A stretch of DNA of 64,000 nucleotides from Alphaproteobacteria bacterium UBA3002 (GCA_002346425.1 DDZS01000019.1:4860-68859), one strand, 5' to 3'; shown: positions 30,102 through 39,687, counted from the stretch's first letter. Translations and numbers: made by a program. Notes: generated by a model from the sequence alone, not told the origin.

Positions 30102-31842
30102 ATGGGTGCTGTTTTTCCTGCTATGGCCATCGCTGCTCTGGGCGACGCCGGATCTGTCCGGCTTGCCCCTGTTGCATGAGGGGCGCGTTAAACCCTTCGA
30201 TACGGTGGCGCGGATCTATCTACAGGACATTTATGGACAGGAAGAGTTTCAGGATATTCCGGCGCATGCATGGCTGACGCAATTGATGCTGGAACCGGGC
30301 ACGATGCTGGAGCAACCGATGATTCGGATTGGTCAGCCGCAGGTGCGTGAAAGTCTGAAACTGCCGGAACGTCAGCCGCCGATCTATACCTATGGCGAGG
30401 TGCAAGCGCCGTTGCAGCAGCAGAAGGCGTTGCTGACCCAACTGGGCACCAAAGATCGCAATCAGATGACCGCGACCGAATTGGGGATGTGGCAAGCCTA
30501 TCTGGCGGTGGATCGGCTGACGCAATTCACTGCGACGCTCTCCCTGCTATTACCGCATGCGGAGGGTAGTTTTTTAACGCAATTTCCAGAGATGCAGGCG
30601 CTGCGCCAACGCTTGCAGACACTCGTGAATGAAAAAGGCGATGATGTCGCTATGTATAGTGAAGAAGAACAATCCTTTGCCTTAAGGGTATTCCGCCTTG
30701 ATACACTGCAGGCGATCGGCCAAGACAATCACCTGCTGCGCCTGATCCCACTGGATTGGTCGGCAGAATGGGTGTCGCCCTGGGAGCTGGTGCTCTCCGG
30801 TCAAACGTCACCCCGCTCCGGTGCTGTGCTGCAAGACTGGCGGGAGTTGGTCCAGGCGTATTACGCAAAGGGTAACATCACACAAACCGCCGAAACACTC
30901 ATTGCAGATACCTATGCCGCGTCTGACGCATCGCCTTGGCGTATTCAGATGGAAATGCTGATGAACCAGCTGCATCTGATTCCGCTGTTGGCAGCGCTTT
31001 ATGCGCTGTTCGTGATCGTAGGAATCGTGAGCTATGCGCGGGCGAAACCGCATTGGTTGCGATGGGCGGAGCGATTATTATTGTTTCCATTAATAGTGCA
31101 TACGCTGCTGATCGCGCAGCGGGTGTTGTTACTGGGTCGCCCACCGGTTGGCACCTTGTATGAATCGGTGCTGTTTGTCGGTCTGATCGCCGGGTGGTTC
31201 GGCTGGTGGCTGGCGCGGCGGCGGGTGATGCCAGAAAGCGCGCTGATCGGTGGCGGGCTTGCCGGATTGCTGTTAGCCGTCAGTGGCTATTATGCCGGTC
31301 AGGGCGATACGATGACGATGTTGGTCGCGGTGCTCAACACGCAATTCTGGCTGGCGACGCATGTGATTTGTATCACGATAGGCTATGGCACGGCATTGGT
31401 AGCGGGCTCGATAGCGCATCTGGCATTGTGGCGGCCAGCTCTGCCGGTGGCAAAAATGCTGCCCACGACTGCCGCCATTGCTTTGTTGTTCACCACCATC
31501 GGGACGATACTCGGCGGCATCTGGGCGGATCAGTCCTGGGGGCGGTTCTGGGGCTGGGACCCGAAAGAAAATGGCGCACTACTCATCGTATTATGGCTGG
31601 CATGGGTGTTACATGCGCGCATGACGCACTATGTTGGGGTGTACGGATTCGCGGCACTTCTGGCATTGACCAATGTGGTGGTCGCGTTGTCGTGGTTTGG
31701 GGTGAATCTGCTGAATGTCGGGCTACATTCGTACGGCTTTACCGATGCGGCCGCGACCGGTCTCTATGTCTTTTGCGCGGCGGAACTATTCCTGATTGGC
31801 GGACTCTATGCAGCAAAGCGGGGTAACCCCCATGTCGCCTAA
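30094..31842 (+). CDS. ccsA: cytochrome c biogenesis protein CcsA/ResC-like with a long N-terminal periplasmic extension
   Basis: The track ORF 29917..31842 overlaps resB. ATG 30094 gives MRKWVLFFLLWPSLLWA (signal-like), 582 aa. Trp-rich WWD motif WGRFWGWDPKENGALL. Confidence 0.85.
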   Translation: MRKWVLFFLLWPSLLWATPDLSGLPLLHEGRVKPFDTVARIYLQDIYGQEEFQDIPAHAWLTQLMLEPGTMLEQPMIRIGQPQVRESLKLPERQPPIYTYGEVQAPLQQQKALLTQLGTKDRNQMTATELGMWQAYLAVDRLTQFTATLSLLLPHAEGSFLTQFPEMQALRQRLQTLVNEKGDDVAMYSEEEQSFALRVFRLDTLQAIGQDNHLLRLIPLDWSAEWVSPWELVLSGQTSPRSGAVLQDWRELVQAYYAKGNITQTAETLIADTYAASDASPWRIQMEMLMNQLHLIPLLAALYALFVIVGIVSYARAKPHWLRWAERLLLFPLIVHTLLIAQRVLLLGRPPVGTLYESVLFVGLIAGWFGWWLARRRVMPESALIGGGLAGLLLAVSGYYAGQGDTMTMLVAVLNTQFWLATHVICITIGYGTALVAGSIAHLALWRPALPVAKMLPTTAAIALLFTTIGTILGGIWADQSWGRFWGWDPKENGALLIVLWLAWVLHARMTHYVGVYGFAALLALTNVVVALSWFGVNLLNVGLHSYGFTDAAATGLYVFCAAELFLIGGLYAAKRGNPHVA

Positions 31843-32371
31843 AAGCATTATTTTGATCGCGCTACTGGCGCTATGCGTCGGTTGGTATGCGTTGGATGCT
31901 CGGCTGGGCGTTGAAATACCTGAAGAGCGTGCGTCTGATAGGCCACTCGCACCGGATGCGACGTTTAGCGTATTGAATTCCTCGGATACATTACAGCTAA
32001 AAGCATTGCGCGGGCGATGGGTATTGCTGAATATCTGGGCCTCATGGTGTGCGCCCTGCAAAGCAGAATTTCCGGATTTAGTGGCGCTTGCTGAAACCTA
32101 TCCGGAGGCATTAACCGTGCTGGCGGTCACGACAGATCGCAAAGCGGAAGACGCGCAAGCGTTTTTGCAGGACCTCAACATACCGGAACGCGCCAACTTC
32201 ATCATTGCGCACGACCCGGAGCGACGAGTGACGGAAACCCAATTTTTCACCTATAAATATCCCGAATCGATTCTGATCGATCCGCAAGGGCGAATGCAGC
32301 TGAAAGTTGCGGGCATATTGAGTGAAGAGGACGTGCGCCGTATCACCGCGCGAGTGAGCGCGCAGGAGTAA
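31832..32371 (+). CDS. TlpA/ResA-like thiol:disulfide oxidoreductase
   Basis: ATG 31832 (11-nt overlap with ccsA) gives 179 aa. Membrane anchor IILIALLALCVGWY, CxxC motif WASWCAPC. Confidence 0.85.
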   Translation: MSPKSIILIALLALCVGWYALDARLGVEIPEERASDRPLAPDATFSVLNSSDTLQLKALRGRWVLLNIWASWCAPCKAEFPDLVALAETYPEALTVLAVTTDRKAEDAQAFLQDLNIPERANFIIAHDPERRVTETQFFTYKYPESILIDPQGRMQLKVAGILSEEDVRRITARVSAQE

Positions 32372-32741
32372 GCAACTCCTCAAAGCGTTGACGTAACTCG
32401 GGTAAACGCTCTTCCGGCAAAGTCATCTCTAAAATGTCGTGATGACCATTGATAGAAATATGAGATACCCCAAAACTGGTAGTCGCATCGGGATGATCTG
32501 GCGCGACAAGAATCGGTGTTCCCCCGGCAATCGCATCCTTGGTAGGAGAAAAAGGGAGCAGGGCCTCGGCCATACGCGCGAATAAAGCCTCCCCATGAAT
32601 GTCGCGTGTTACGAAAAAACGCACCCGGCAGGTTGCATCACCCGCCATTTCGGTGATGGCGAAACAGTGAAGGGGTTTATTCGCTTTCAATGGGGATTGA
32701 TTAAAAGCATGCACGAACTGGTCTAAACTAGACGCAGTCAT
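32343..32741 (-). CDS. hypothetical protein (132 aa)
   Basis: No family recognised. Starts 4 nt after the stomatin stop. Its 3' end overlaps the convergent tlpA-like gene by 29 nt. Confidence 0.5.
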   Translation of the reverse strand: MTASSLDQFVHAFNQSPLKANKPLHCFAITEMAGDATCRVRFFVTRDIHGEALFARMAEALLPFSPTKDAIAGGTPILVAPDHPDATTSFGVSHISINGHHDILEMTLPEERLPELRQRFEELLTPARSLAR

Positions 32742-32745
32742 ACCG

Positions 32746-33696
32746 CTATTTATTCTCCCACGGCCCGGATTTTAACGCGGCGCGGTCGGTGCGAATCGTG
32801 TCGAATACGGCGAGTGCCTGCGCGACCATGCCGCCCGCATCGCCCGCATTAGCTGGCAGAAGGATTGTATTGGTTTCTTTGGCCAGTTTGCTGAAGGCAG
32901 CGACATATTGCTCGGCAATTTTGAGGGATACGGCTTCTTCGCCGCCTTGCTTCTGAATCGCCAAGGCGACCAGTTCGATGCCTTCGGCGGTGGCTTTGGC
33001 AACTTCGCGAATGGCTTCGGCTTCACCGCGCGCGCGGTTGATCTGGTCGGTCATTGCCGCTTCCGATTCCAGTACGACCTGTTGCTTATCCCCTTCGGCG
33101 ATATTGATTTTCGATTGACGAATCCCTTCCGAATCGTGGATTTCGGCGCGCTTCTTCCGTTCGGCAGCCACCTGCAATTCCATCGCATTGAGCACGGTGC
33201 GCGGTGGGGTGATATTTTTAATTTCGTAACGCATACATTGGATGCCCCAGGTCTGTGATGCTTCGTTGATGGCATTAACGATATTCGCATTCAGCCGCTC
33301 ACGCTCTTCAAAACATTCGTCGAGCGAGAGTTTGCCGATTTCTGAGCGCATGGTGGTTTGTGCGAGCTGAGTGACCGCAAAGACCGGGTCGCTGACGCCG
33401 TAGGACGCTTCAACGGGATCGACGATGCGCACATAGATCAGCCCGTCCATTACCAGCGAAACGTTGTCGCGGGTAATGGCCGTTTGTTCCTGAACGTCAT
33501 AGGCGAATTCTTTAAGCGAATGGCGGTAGGCGACTTTTTCAATAAAGGGAATCAGGATGTTTAATCCCGGTTCTAATTTGCGGTCGAACCGCCCGAGCTT
33601 TTCGATGATCCAGGCGCTTTGCTGCGGCACAATTTTGACGCCTTTCCAGATGACCAGAAAGATAACAAAGCCAACAATCGCAAAAATAATATCCAT
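32746..33696 (-). CDS. SPFH/band-7 (stomatin-like) protein
   Basis: 316 aa. N-terminal TM, then KIVPQQSAWIIEKLGRFDRKLEPGLNILIPFIE, and a coiled-coil AAERKKRAEI region. Confidence 0.9.
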   Translation of the reverse strand: MDIIFAIVGFVIFLVIWKGVKIVPQQSAWIIEKLGRFDRKLEPGLNILIPFIEKVAYRHSLKEFAYDVQEQTAITRDNVSLVMDGLIYVRIVDPVEASYGVSDPVFAVTQLAQTTMRSEIGKLSLDECFEERERLNANIVNAINEASQTWGIQCMRYEIKNITPPRTVLNAMELQVAAERKKRAEIHDSEGIRQSKINIAEGDKQQVVLESEAAMTDQINRARGEAEAIREVAKATAEGIELVALAIQKQGGEEAVSLKIAEQYVAAFSKLAKETNTILLPANAGDAGGMVAQALAVFDTIRTDRAALKSGPWENK

Positions 33697-33710
33697 AGCC
33701 TACTCCCCCT

Positions 33711-34172
33711 TTACGGCTTCACAATCAGCCGATTGCCTTTGACCGCGGTAATGGTCACAACGGTGCCTTCCATTAATTCCTCTACAGCTGCGTCTTCGGC
33801 TAGCATCGCATGCATGGAGGTGCCAGACCAGCTAACCTGCCCGACGGCACCTTTACGCAAACCGCTGCCACTCACGGTCGCCATATCCCCTACCATATTA
33901 TGATATTCTTCATTCTCTGGATTGAGGCGCCATTGTTTCAACTTGCGCCAGAGCAGTGCGGCAAAGCCGACTGTCAGGAAGAAAAAGATGCCGGCCTGCG
34001 CGAACCAGTCTTCGGGCCCGATGATATTCAGCCAGAGCAGCACGCCGGTCACGAAGGCGGCGAGGCCTGCGAATAAAAAGCCGATGCCCGGTGCGCCGAA
34101 GGCTTCAAGCCCGAGAAGCACTGCTGCGGCAATCAACCAACCATAGGCGGCGGGGATTGCCAGCGTTTCCAT
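33711..34172 (-). CDS. NfeD family membrane protein
   Basis: 153 aa. Three or four TM segments plus a C-terminal OB-like GTVVTITAVKGNRLIVKP. This is the classical partner upstream of stomatin. Confidence 0.85.
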   Translation of the reverse strand: METLAIPAAYGWLIAAAVLLGLEAFGAPGIGFLFAGLAAFVTGVLLWLNIIGPEDWFAQAGIFFFLTVGFAALLWRKLKQWRLNPENEEYHNMVGDMATVSGSGLRKGAVGQVSWSGTSMHAMLAEDAAVEELMEGTVVTITAVKGNRLIVKP

Positions 34173-34954
34173 TATTTTCCATCCTTCTTAGGCGCGGCAT
34201 CCGTTTCGGAGGTCGAGGCTTTATCGTCCGGATTTTTCTCCGGTTCAGGGCGGGTTTTATCGCCATCCTTACTGATGCCGAGTTTGTTTTTCTCTTTTTC
34301 GGACATATCTTCGTCGCCAACACCCGCTTTGGTGGTTTCGTCTTCCGCCGGTGCAGCTTCGGCTTCGGTGTCTTTCACTTCCTCTTCCGGAGCGGGCGCA
34401 TCTGGAATCGGCATGGCGGAGGAGCCCATGCTATGCAAATAGACGAGCAAGTTGGCGCGATTTTCGTCATTTTTCTCACCGGCAAATGCCATAATGGTGC
34501 CAGAAATTTTCTGTTTGGGTTTATAGATAAACTCATTCAACTCTTCAAAGGTCCAGCTGCCTTCGGCTTCGGCCATCGCAGAGGAATAGTTGAATCCGGC
34601 ATGCGAGCCTTTGTCATGGCCAACGACACCCCACAAGTTCGGACCGGTCATGTTAGCGCCACCTTCTTGATTGTTGTGGCACAGCGCACATTTCTTTTTA
34701 AAGAAAGCTTCGCCTGCCGCGACGTCGGCCGTTTTCAGTAAATGCAACACACTAGGCACACCTTTTTCGTCACCGCCCGCCGCGCCGACCGAACTCATAT
34801 CTTCGGGCACATCGATGGAGTAACCACGTGCGACTTCTTCACCGTGATGGCCGGTTTCTTCACCACCGCCATATAAAATGCCTGCCACTTTGCCGGTGAT
34901 CATCCCAAGTAAGCCCGCCAGTAAAATTGCGGCCGCGATTTTATTGAGTTCCAT
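34172..34954 (-). CDS. membrane-anchored class I cytochrome c (CycM-like) with an acidic low-complexity tail
   Basis: 260 aa. N-terminal TM AAAILLAGLLGMITG, heme site CALCH, GPNLWGV, distal Met region IMAFAGE. About 80 aa of tail rich in E/D/K/P/A. Confidence 0.85.
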   Translation of the reverse strand: MELNKIAAAILLAGLLGMITGKVAGILYGGGEETGHHGEEVARGYSIDVPEDMSSVGAAGGDEKGVPSVLHLLKTADVAAGEAFFKKKCALCHNNQEGGANMTGPNLWGVVGHDKGSHAGFNYSSAMAEAEGSWTFEELNEFIYKPKQKISGTIMAFAGEKNDENRANLLVYLHSMGSSAMPIPDAPAPEEEVKDTEAEAAPAEDETTKAGVGDEDMSEKEKNKLGISKDGDKTRPEPEKNPDDKASTSETDAAPKKDGK

Positions 34955-35086
34955 GCCTGTCCCTTAACCTGTTGGTTTCAAAATTCCATCCTCTATAACA
35001 TGGGGTAATAAAATTTGTGAAGCGAAACCGCAATCGCATCCGCAAAACCACTTGATTTTGTGTCACCACCCCATCAGGACTGAGGC

Positions 35087-35815
35087 ATGCAACCGATAAT
35101 TCTTATCCCCGCGCGGCGAGCGGCGACGCGGCTACCGGACAAACCGCTGGCGATGATCGGCGACCAGCCGATGATTGTGCATGTCTGGCAACGCGCGATG
35201 GAAGCGGAAGTGGGACCGGTGGTCGTGGCCTGCGACGATCCCGAAATTGCCTGGGTGATTGAGCGCTCTGGCGGGATAGCGGTCATGACCAATAAAGACC
35301 ATGCGTCAGGGTCGGACCGGATTTTTGAGGCGCTGAATATCGCCGACCCAAAAAAGCAGCACGATATTATTATTAACCTGCAGGGCGATCTGCCGACTTG
35401 CGAAGCCCATCTGCCCGAACAATTGCTGATTCCGTTCGATAATCCAGAGGTTGATATCGCGACGCTGGCGACGGAAATTACCGACCCGGCAGAAGTCATG
35501 CGTGAATCGGTAGTGAAGCCGGTGATCGCCTTTGATACCGAGCGACAGGGCAGGGCGCTGTATTTCTCGCGCTGTGCCGTACCGCATGGCAGCGGGCCCT
35601 ATTATCACCATATCGGGATTTACGGCTATCGGCGGAGCGCATTAGAACGTTTTATCGCCTTGCCGCCCGGGGTGCTGGAACAACGCGAAAAACTGGAACA
35701 GCTGCGCGCGCTTGAGGCGGGGATGCGCATCGACATAAGGCTTGTCGATGCTATGCCGCTTGGGGTAGACACGCAGGAAGATTTAGACAAAGCGAGGGAA
35801 TTACTATGTCCGTAA
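35087..35815 (+). CDS. kdsB: 3-deoxy-manno-octulosonate cytidylyltransferase
   Basis: 242 aa. IILIPARRAATRLPDKPL, INLQGDLP. Confidence 0.92.
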   Translation: MQPIILIPARRAATRLPDKPLAMIGDQPMIVHVWQRAMEAEVGPVVVACDDPEIAWVIERSGGIAVMTNKDHASGSDRIFEALNIADPKKQHDIIINLQGDLPTCEAHLPEQLLIPFDNPEVDIATLATEITDPAEVMRESVVKPVIAFDTERQGRALYFSRCAVPHGSGPYYHHIGIYGYRRSALERFIALPPGVLEQREKLEQLRALEAGMRIDIRLVDAMPLGVDTQEDLDKARELLCP

Positions 35816-36792
35816 GCGAAAAGACGATTGATTTACTGGGGATCGGCAATGCGATTCTCGATGTGCTGGCCTATACCGAAGACAGTTTTCTGGAAAGCTG
35901 GGAAATGCGCAAAGGCGACATGGCCTTGATCGATGAAGCCCGCGCCGAAGCGATTTACAACGAGTTGGGGCAGACTAAAGAAGTCTCCGGCGGATCAGTA
36001 GCCAATAGTGTCGCGGGCCTCGCAATGCTGGGTGGCACGGCCGCCTTTATTGGCCGGGTCAAAGACGACCAGTTCGGGAAACTCTATCAGCATGACCTGC
36101 GTTCGGTGGGTGTGCAATATGATATGGCGCCGTTAAAAGAAGGGCTGCCGACGGGGTGTAGCTATATTCTCGTCACGCCGGATGGTGAACGCACCATGAA
36201 TACCTATTTAGGCGCGGGCAGCGAGATTTACCCTGATGATATCGACGAGGCATTGGTTGCCCAAAGCAAGGTCGTCTTCGGCGAGGGCTATCAATGGTCA
36301 GGCGATCATAATATCGCGGCAATGGAGAAGGCGTTTGCCTTAGCCAAAAAACATAACACCAAAGTTGCGTTTAGCCTGTCTGCGGTATTTTGTGTCGAAC
36401 TATACCGCGAGCAATTTAAAGCCTTGCTTGATGGTACGATTGATATTCTGTTTGCGAATGATGCAGAAATTCAGGCGCTGTATCCCGATATGGCATGGGA
36501 GGATTTGGTCGATCATCTACAAGGCAAGGCCGAAATCATCGCCCTGACGCGCGGCGAGCATGGGTCGCTGATTATCACCAAAGACGCGCGTCTTCCGATT
36601 GCGCCGCAGCCGGTGAGCAAAGTGACCGACGCGACAGGCGCGGGCGATCTATATGCTGCTGGGTTTCTTTACGGGTATACGCGCGGCCTGCCACTTGCAC
36701 GCTGCGGCGAGCTGGGCAGCTTATGCGCCGCGCAAATCATTCAGCAACTCGGCGCCCGTTCGCTCGAGCCGTTGGATCGGCTGGTGGCATAA
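35806..36792 (+). CDS. PfkB-family carbohydrate/nucleoside kinase (adenosine kinase-like)
   Basis: 328 aa. GGSVANS, C-terminal DATGAGDLYAAGFLYG. Confidence 0.85.
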   Translation: MSVSEKTIDLLGIGNAILDVLAYTEDSFLESWEMRKGDMALIDEARAEAIYNELGQTKEVSGGSVANSVAGLAMLGGTAAFIGRVKDDQFGKLYQHDLRSVGVQYDMAPLKEGLPTGCSYILVTPDGERTMNTYLGAGSEIYPDDIDEALVAQSKVVFGEGYQWSGDHNIAAMEKAFALAKKHNTKVAFSLSAVFCVELYREQFKALLDGTIDILFANDAEIQALYPDMAWEDLVDHLQGKAEIIALTRGEHGSLIITKDARLPIAPQPVSKVTDATGAGDLYAAGFLYGYTRGLPLARCGELGSLCAAQIIQQLGARSLEPLDRLVA

Positions 36793-36823
36793 TGCACCCG
36801 CTATGCGCCGGCATTTGATATAA

Positions 36824-38083
36824 ATGATCTACCTGCGCAAAAAACTTCTCGTCGTGATGCTGCTTGGCATTGCCAGTGGCTTACCGTTGGTACTGATCGG
36901 CGCGACGTTGAGTGCTTGGCTGCAGGATAGCGGACTTAGCAAAAGCGATATCGGTTTGTTTGCACTGGTGGCGCTGCCTTACAGCTTTAATTTCGCCTGG
37001 GCCCCGCTGATTGATAATCTGCGGTTGCCCTATCTTACGGCGCGCTTCGGTAGGCGGCGTGGCTGGCTCCTGGTCTTTCAAGCCGCACTCGCGCTATGTC
37101 TCATGGTCATGGCCGCGTTGGAGCCGCAGAGCCAGATTGAATGGTTGGCACTGGCGGCGGTGGCGCTGGCTTTTTTATCGGCGAGTCAGGATGTAGTGAT
37201 CGACGCGTTCCGCACCGAATATCTGGAAGAATCCGAATATGCGGCGGGTGCCAGTATGGCGGTGTATGGCTACCGTATCGGTATGCTCATCGCCGGGGCC
37301 GGGGCGCTGGCAATCGCCGATAGTATCAACTGGCCGGTGGTCTATCTGGTGATGGCCGGGGTGATGGTTTTGGCCATGGGTGTGACACTCTGCGTGAGCG
37401 AACCGCAATCCTTTAAAGCAGAAAAAGATGCTCAAAATGAAGGGGTCATCGCCTGGCTCCGCCACGCCTTCGTCACGCCCTTTGCCGATTTTATGACGCG
37501 CCATCCGCATTGGTGGCTGATCCTGTTGCTGGTCTTTACCTATCGTTTGCCGGATGGCCTTATCGGATTTATGACCACGCCCTTTTTCTTGGATATCGGC
37601 TTCAGCAAAACCGAAGTGGCGACGATTGCCAAACTCTACGGCTTTGGCGCAACGCTGGTCGGCCTGTTCCTTGGGGGTATCCTTGTGAGTAAATTCGGGA
37701 TAGCGCGCTGTATGCTGTGGTTTTTCCTGCTGCAAATCGGCACGAATCTAACTTACGTGTTGCTTAGCGAATATGGCCCGCGCACGGAATTTTTGATGCT
37801 ATCGATTGCCTGCGATAATTTGTCCGGCGGGCTGATTACCACGGTGGCGGTGGCCTATATAATGTCGCTCTGCAATCTGTCCTTTACGGCCACGCAATAT
37901 GCGCTGCTCAGCTCGTTAGCGTCGTTGGCGAGTAAAACCATCGCATCCGGCGCGGGCTTTCTGGCCGAGGCCTATGGCTGGACCGGCTTGTTTTTAATTT
38001 CGGCATTCGCCGGCATCCCGGCACTGGTGATAATGTTGTCGGGCCGCCAGCATCTGCATCGTCACGAAACTGTAACCAATTAA
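36824..38083 (+). CDS. ampG: AmpG family muropeptide MFS transporter
   Basis: 419 aa, multi-TM. LGIASGLPLVLIGATLSAWL, GRRRGWLL. Confidence 0.85.
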   Translation: MIYLRKKLLVVMLLGIASGLPLVLIGATLSAWLQDSGLSKSDIGLFALVALPYSFNFAWAPLIDNLRLPYLTARFGRRRGWLLVFQAALALCLMVMAALEPQSQIEWLALAAVALAFLSASQDVVIDAFRTEYLEESEYAAGASMAVYGYRIGMLIAGAGALAIADSINWPVVYLVMAGVMVLAMGVTLCVSEPQSFKAEKDAQNEGVIAWLRHAFVTPFADFMTRHPHWWLILLLVFTYRLPDGLIGFMTTPFFLDIGFSKTEVATIAKLYGFGATLVGLFLGGILVSKFGIARCMLWFFLLQIGTNLTYVLLSEYGPRTEFLMLSIACDNLSGGLITTVAVAYIMSLCNLSFTATQYALLSSLASLASKTIASGAGFLAEAYGWTGLFLISAFAGIPALVIMLSGRQHLHRHETVTN

Positions 38084-38153
38084 CGCTTGCGCCGTAGGGC
38101 GCACCTACGTAAAGCTAGAGTTCTGTTTATCAATCAACGGGGCTTTATGCGTA

Positions 38154-38711
38154 ATGGCGGCTGGACTCGGCACATTTATGACGGCATTTACACTGGCGGA
38201 AGGCGCAGCAGTCTTCGCGCTGCTTGGCTATGACTATCTGACGCATCGCGACCGCGGCCTTGAAGCACATGAAACGCAACTCAGTAAAATTAACGCGGCA
38301 CTCTCTCAAGATAAATTGACGATTCAGGTTGATCCTGCAGCGGCCAGTCAGCCTTGGTATGAAGCGGCGCGCGTGATTTTGAAACAACCAGCAGGCGAAG
38401 AACCTGCATACCGGCTTCCTGCCGATCTGAAGATTCCGATGGTTGTACGTAGTTCTGGCAGCGCCGGGCATACCGACCTGCATCTTCAGATGACAGTCAA
38501 AGAATTGCAAGATGCTGCTATGGCGGCACAGCATATGATGAATAGCGAAATGGCGGATATTCTGGCGCATGCGCCAGAGATATCGGCGACTTATGGCAAG
38601 GAGGCGCGCAACCTGGCGCAGTCCATTGCCGACACGGTGCCGTCCAGCCTGCAACTGGCTGACGCGACGGCACAGGGACGCCTTAGCGAAAACGCTCGCG
38701 TCCTGAACTAA
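38154..38711 (+). CDS. hypothetical protein (185 aa) with an N-terminal hydrophobic segment
   Basis: The plus frame has ordinary composition and window-typical codons (GCG, CTG, GAA). The fully open minus-strand mirror ORF 38145..38717 is Arg/Cys-rich and judged to be a shadow. Confidence 0.5.
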   Translation: MAAGLGTFMTAFTLAEGAAVFALLGYDYLTHRDRGLEAHETQLSKINAALSQDKLTIQVDPAAASQPWYEAARVILKQPAGEEPAYRLPADLKIPMVVRSSGSAGHTDLHLQMTVKELQDAAMAAQHMMNSEMADILAHAPEISATYGKEARNLAQSIADTVPSSLQLADATAQGRLSENARVLN

Positions 38712-39643
38712 AGCCACTCCGCGCGCGGTGGCAGCGACATCAGAATCGCCTCCGGGTTACCGCCCGTCATCAGGCCGAAGCGCGTTCCCCGATCATACAG
38801 CAAATTATATTCCGCATATTGCCCGCGATATTTCAGCAGACGCGTTTCATCTTCCGCCGTCCATGATTCCGACAGATGCCGTGCGACAAGCGCCGGATAG
38901 ATATCGCGAAACGCCTCGCCGACTTTTTGCGTGAACGCGAAGCATCCCTCCCAATCCAGCGCCGCATCGGCAGCGACCAACATGCCAGCGCGGGTATGTT
39001 CTTTGCCTGCCCCACCTTTGCCGAACTGGCCGGGATCAACGGCAGTGGTTTCGGCGCCGAGGGAATGCAGACCTAAATAATCATAAAAAATACCTCCCTC
39101 ACCACGCGCGCGCTGGCGATGCGGGATATAAAAATATTCATCGCACCAGGCTTTGAAATGCGGATAGAAATGCGCATCGAACGGATCGCACGCTTGTTGG
39201 AAGGCGGCATGAAAATCCGCTGTATCTTTAGCAACCGGATGGCCCATTGGGTTCAAATCGCCACCGCCGCCAAACCATAGCCGCGCCCCGTCGCCGATGA
39301 CAATCATGCGCGTATTGAAATGCGCGGCGGGAACGAAAGGCGAACGCGGATGCGCCACCAGCGAAATGCCCGCTGCCCAGTAGCGTGGATTGGTAGCGGC
39401 TCCGGGGATTTCATGACGAAACTTCTCGGAAAATTCGCCATGTACGGTCGAGATATTCACGCCGACTTTTTCAAAGACCTCGCCTTTCATCAGCGAGATT
39501 TCGCCGCCACCGCGGCCGTCCTCTTTCTGCCAGACGGTGCGCTCGAACCTGGCGCGCTTCGGCTCCAGCGCTTCATAGCTTGAACAAATCTGGTCACGCA
39601 AGCTGCGGAACCACGTGGTGGCGATATCCTGTTTGGTCTGCAT
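38708..39643 (-). CDS. hemF: oxygen-dependent coproporphyrinogen III oxidase
   Basis: 311 aa. LWFGGGGDLNP, HRQRARGEGGIFYDYL, RGTRFGL. Confidence 0.95.
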   Translation of the reverse strand: MQTKQDIATTWFRSLRDQICSSYEALEPKRARFERTVWQKEDGRGGGEISLMKGEVFEKVGVNISTVHGEFSEKFRHEIPGAATNPRYWAAGISLVAHPRSPFVPAAHFNTRMIVIGDGARLWFGGGGDLNPMGHPVAKDTADFHAAFQQACDPFDAHFYPHFKAWCDEYFYIPHRQRARGEGGIFYDYLGLHSLGAETTAVDPGQFGKGGAGKEHTRAGMLVAADAALDWEGCFAFTQKVGEAFRDIYPALVARHLSESWTAEDETRLLKYRGQYAEYNLLYDRGTRFGLMTGGNPEAILMSLPPRAEWL

Positions 39644-39687
39644 GCCGTCTGTCTAACGCATTCGCGGACAGATGCGAATGATAAAAG

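Noticed and set aside
34091-34741. 216-aa plus-strand ORF antisense to the cytochrome c and nfeD genes
   Set aside because: It is low-complexity Arg/Phe/Gly-rich sequence. The opposite strand encodes recognisable proteins (CALCH heme site, NfeD).
37175-37735. 186-aa minus-strand ORF inside ampG
   Set aside because: It is a shadow ORF opposite a clear 12-TM-type MFS transporter, with a His/Arg/Gln/Asp-rich implausible composition.
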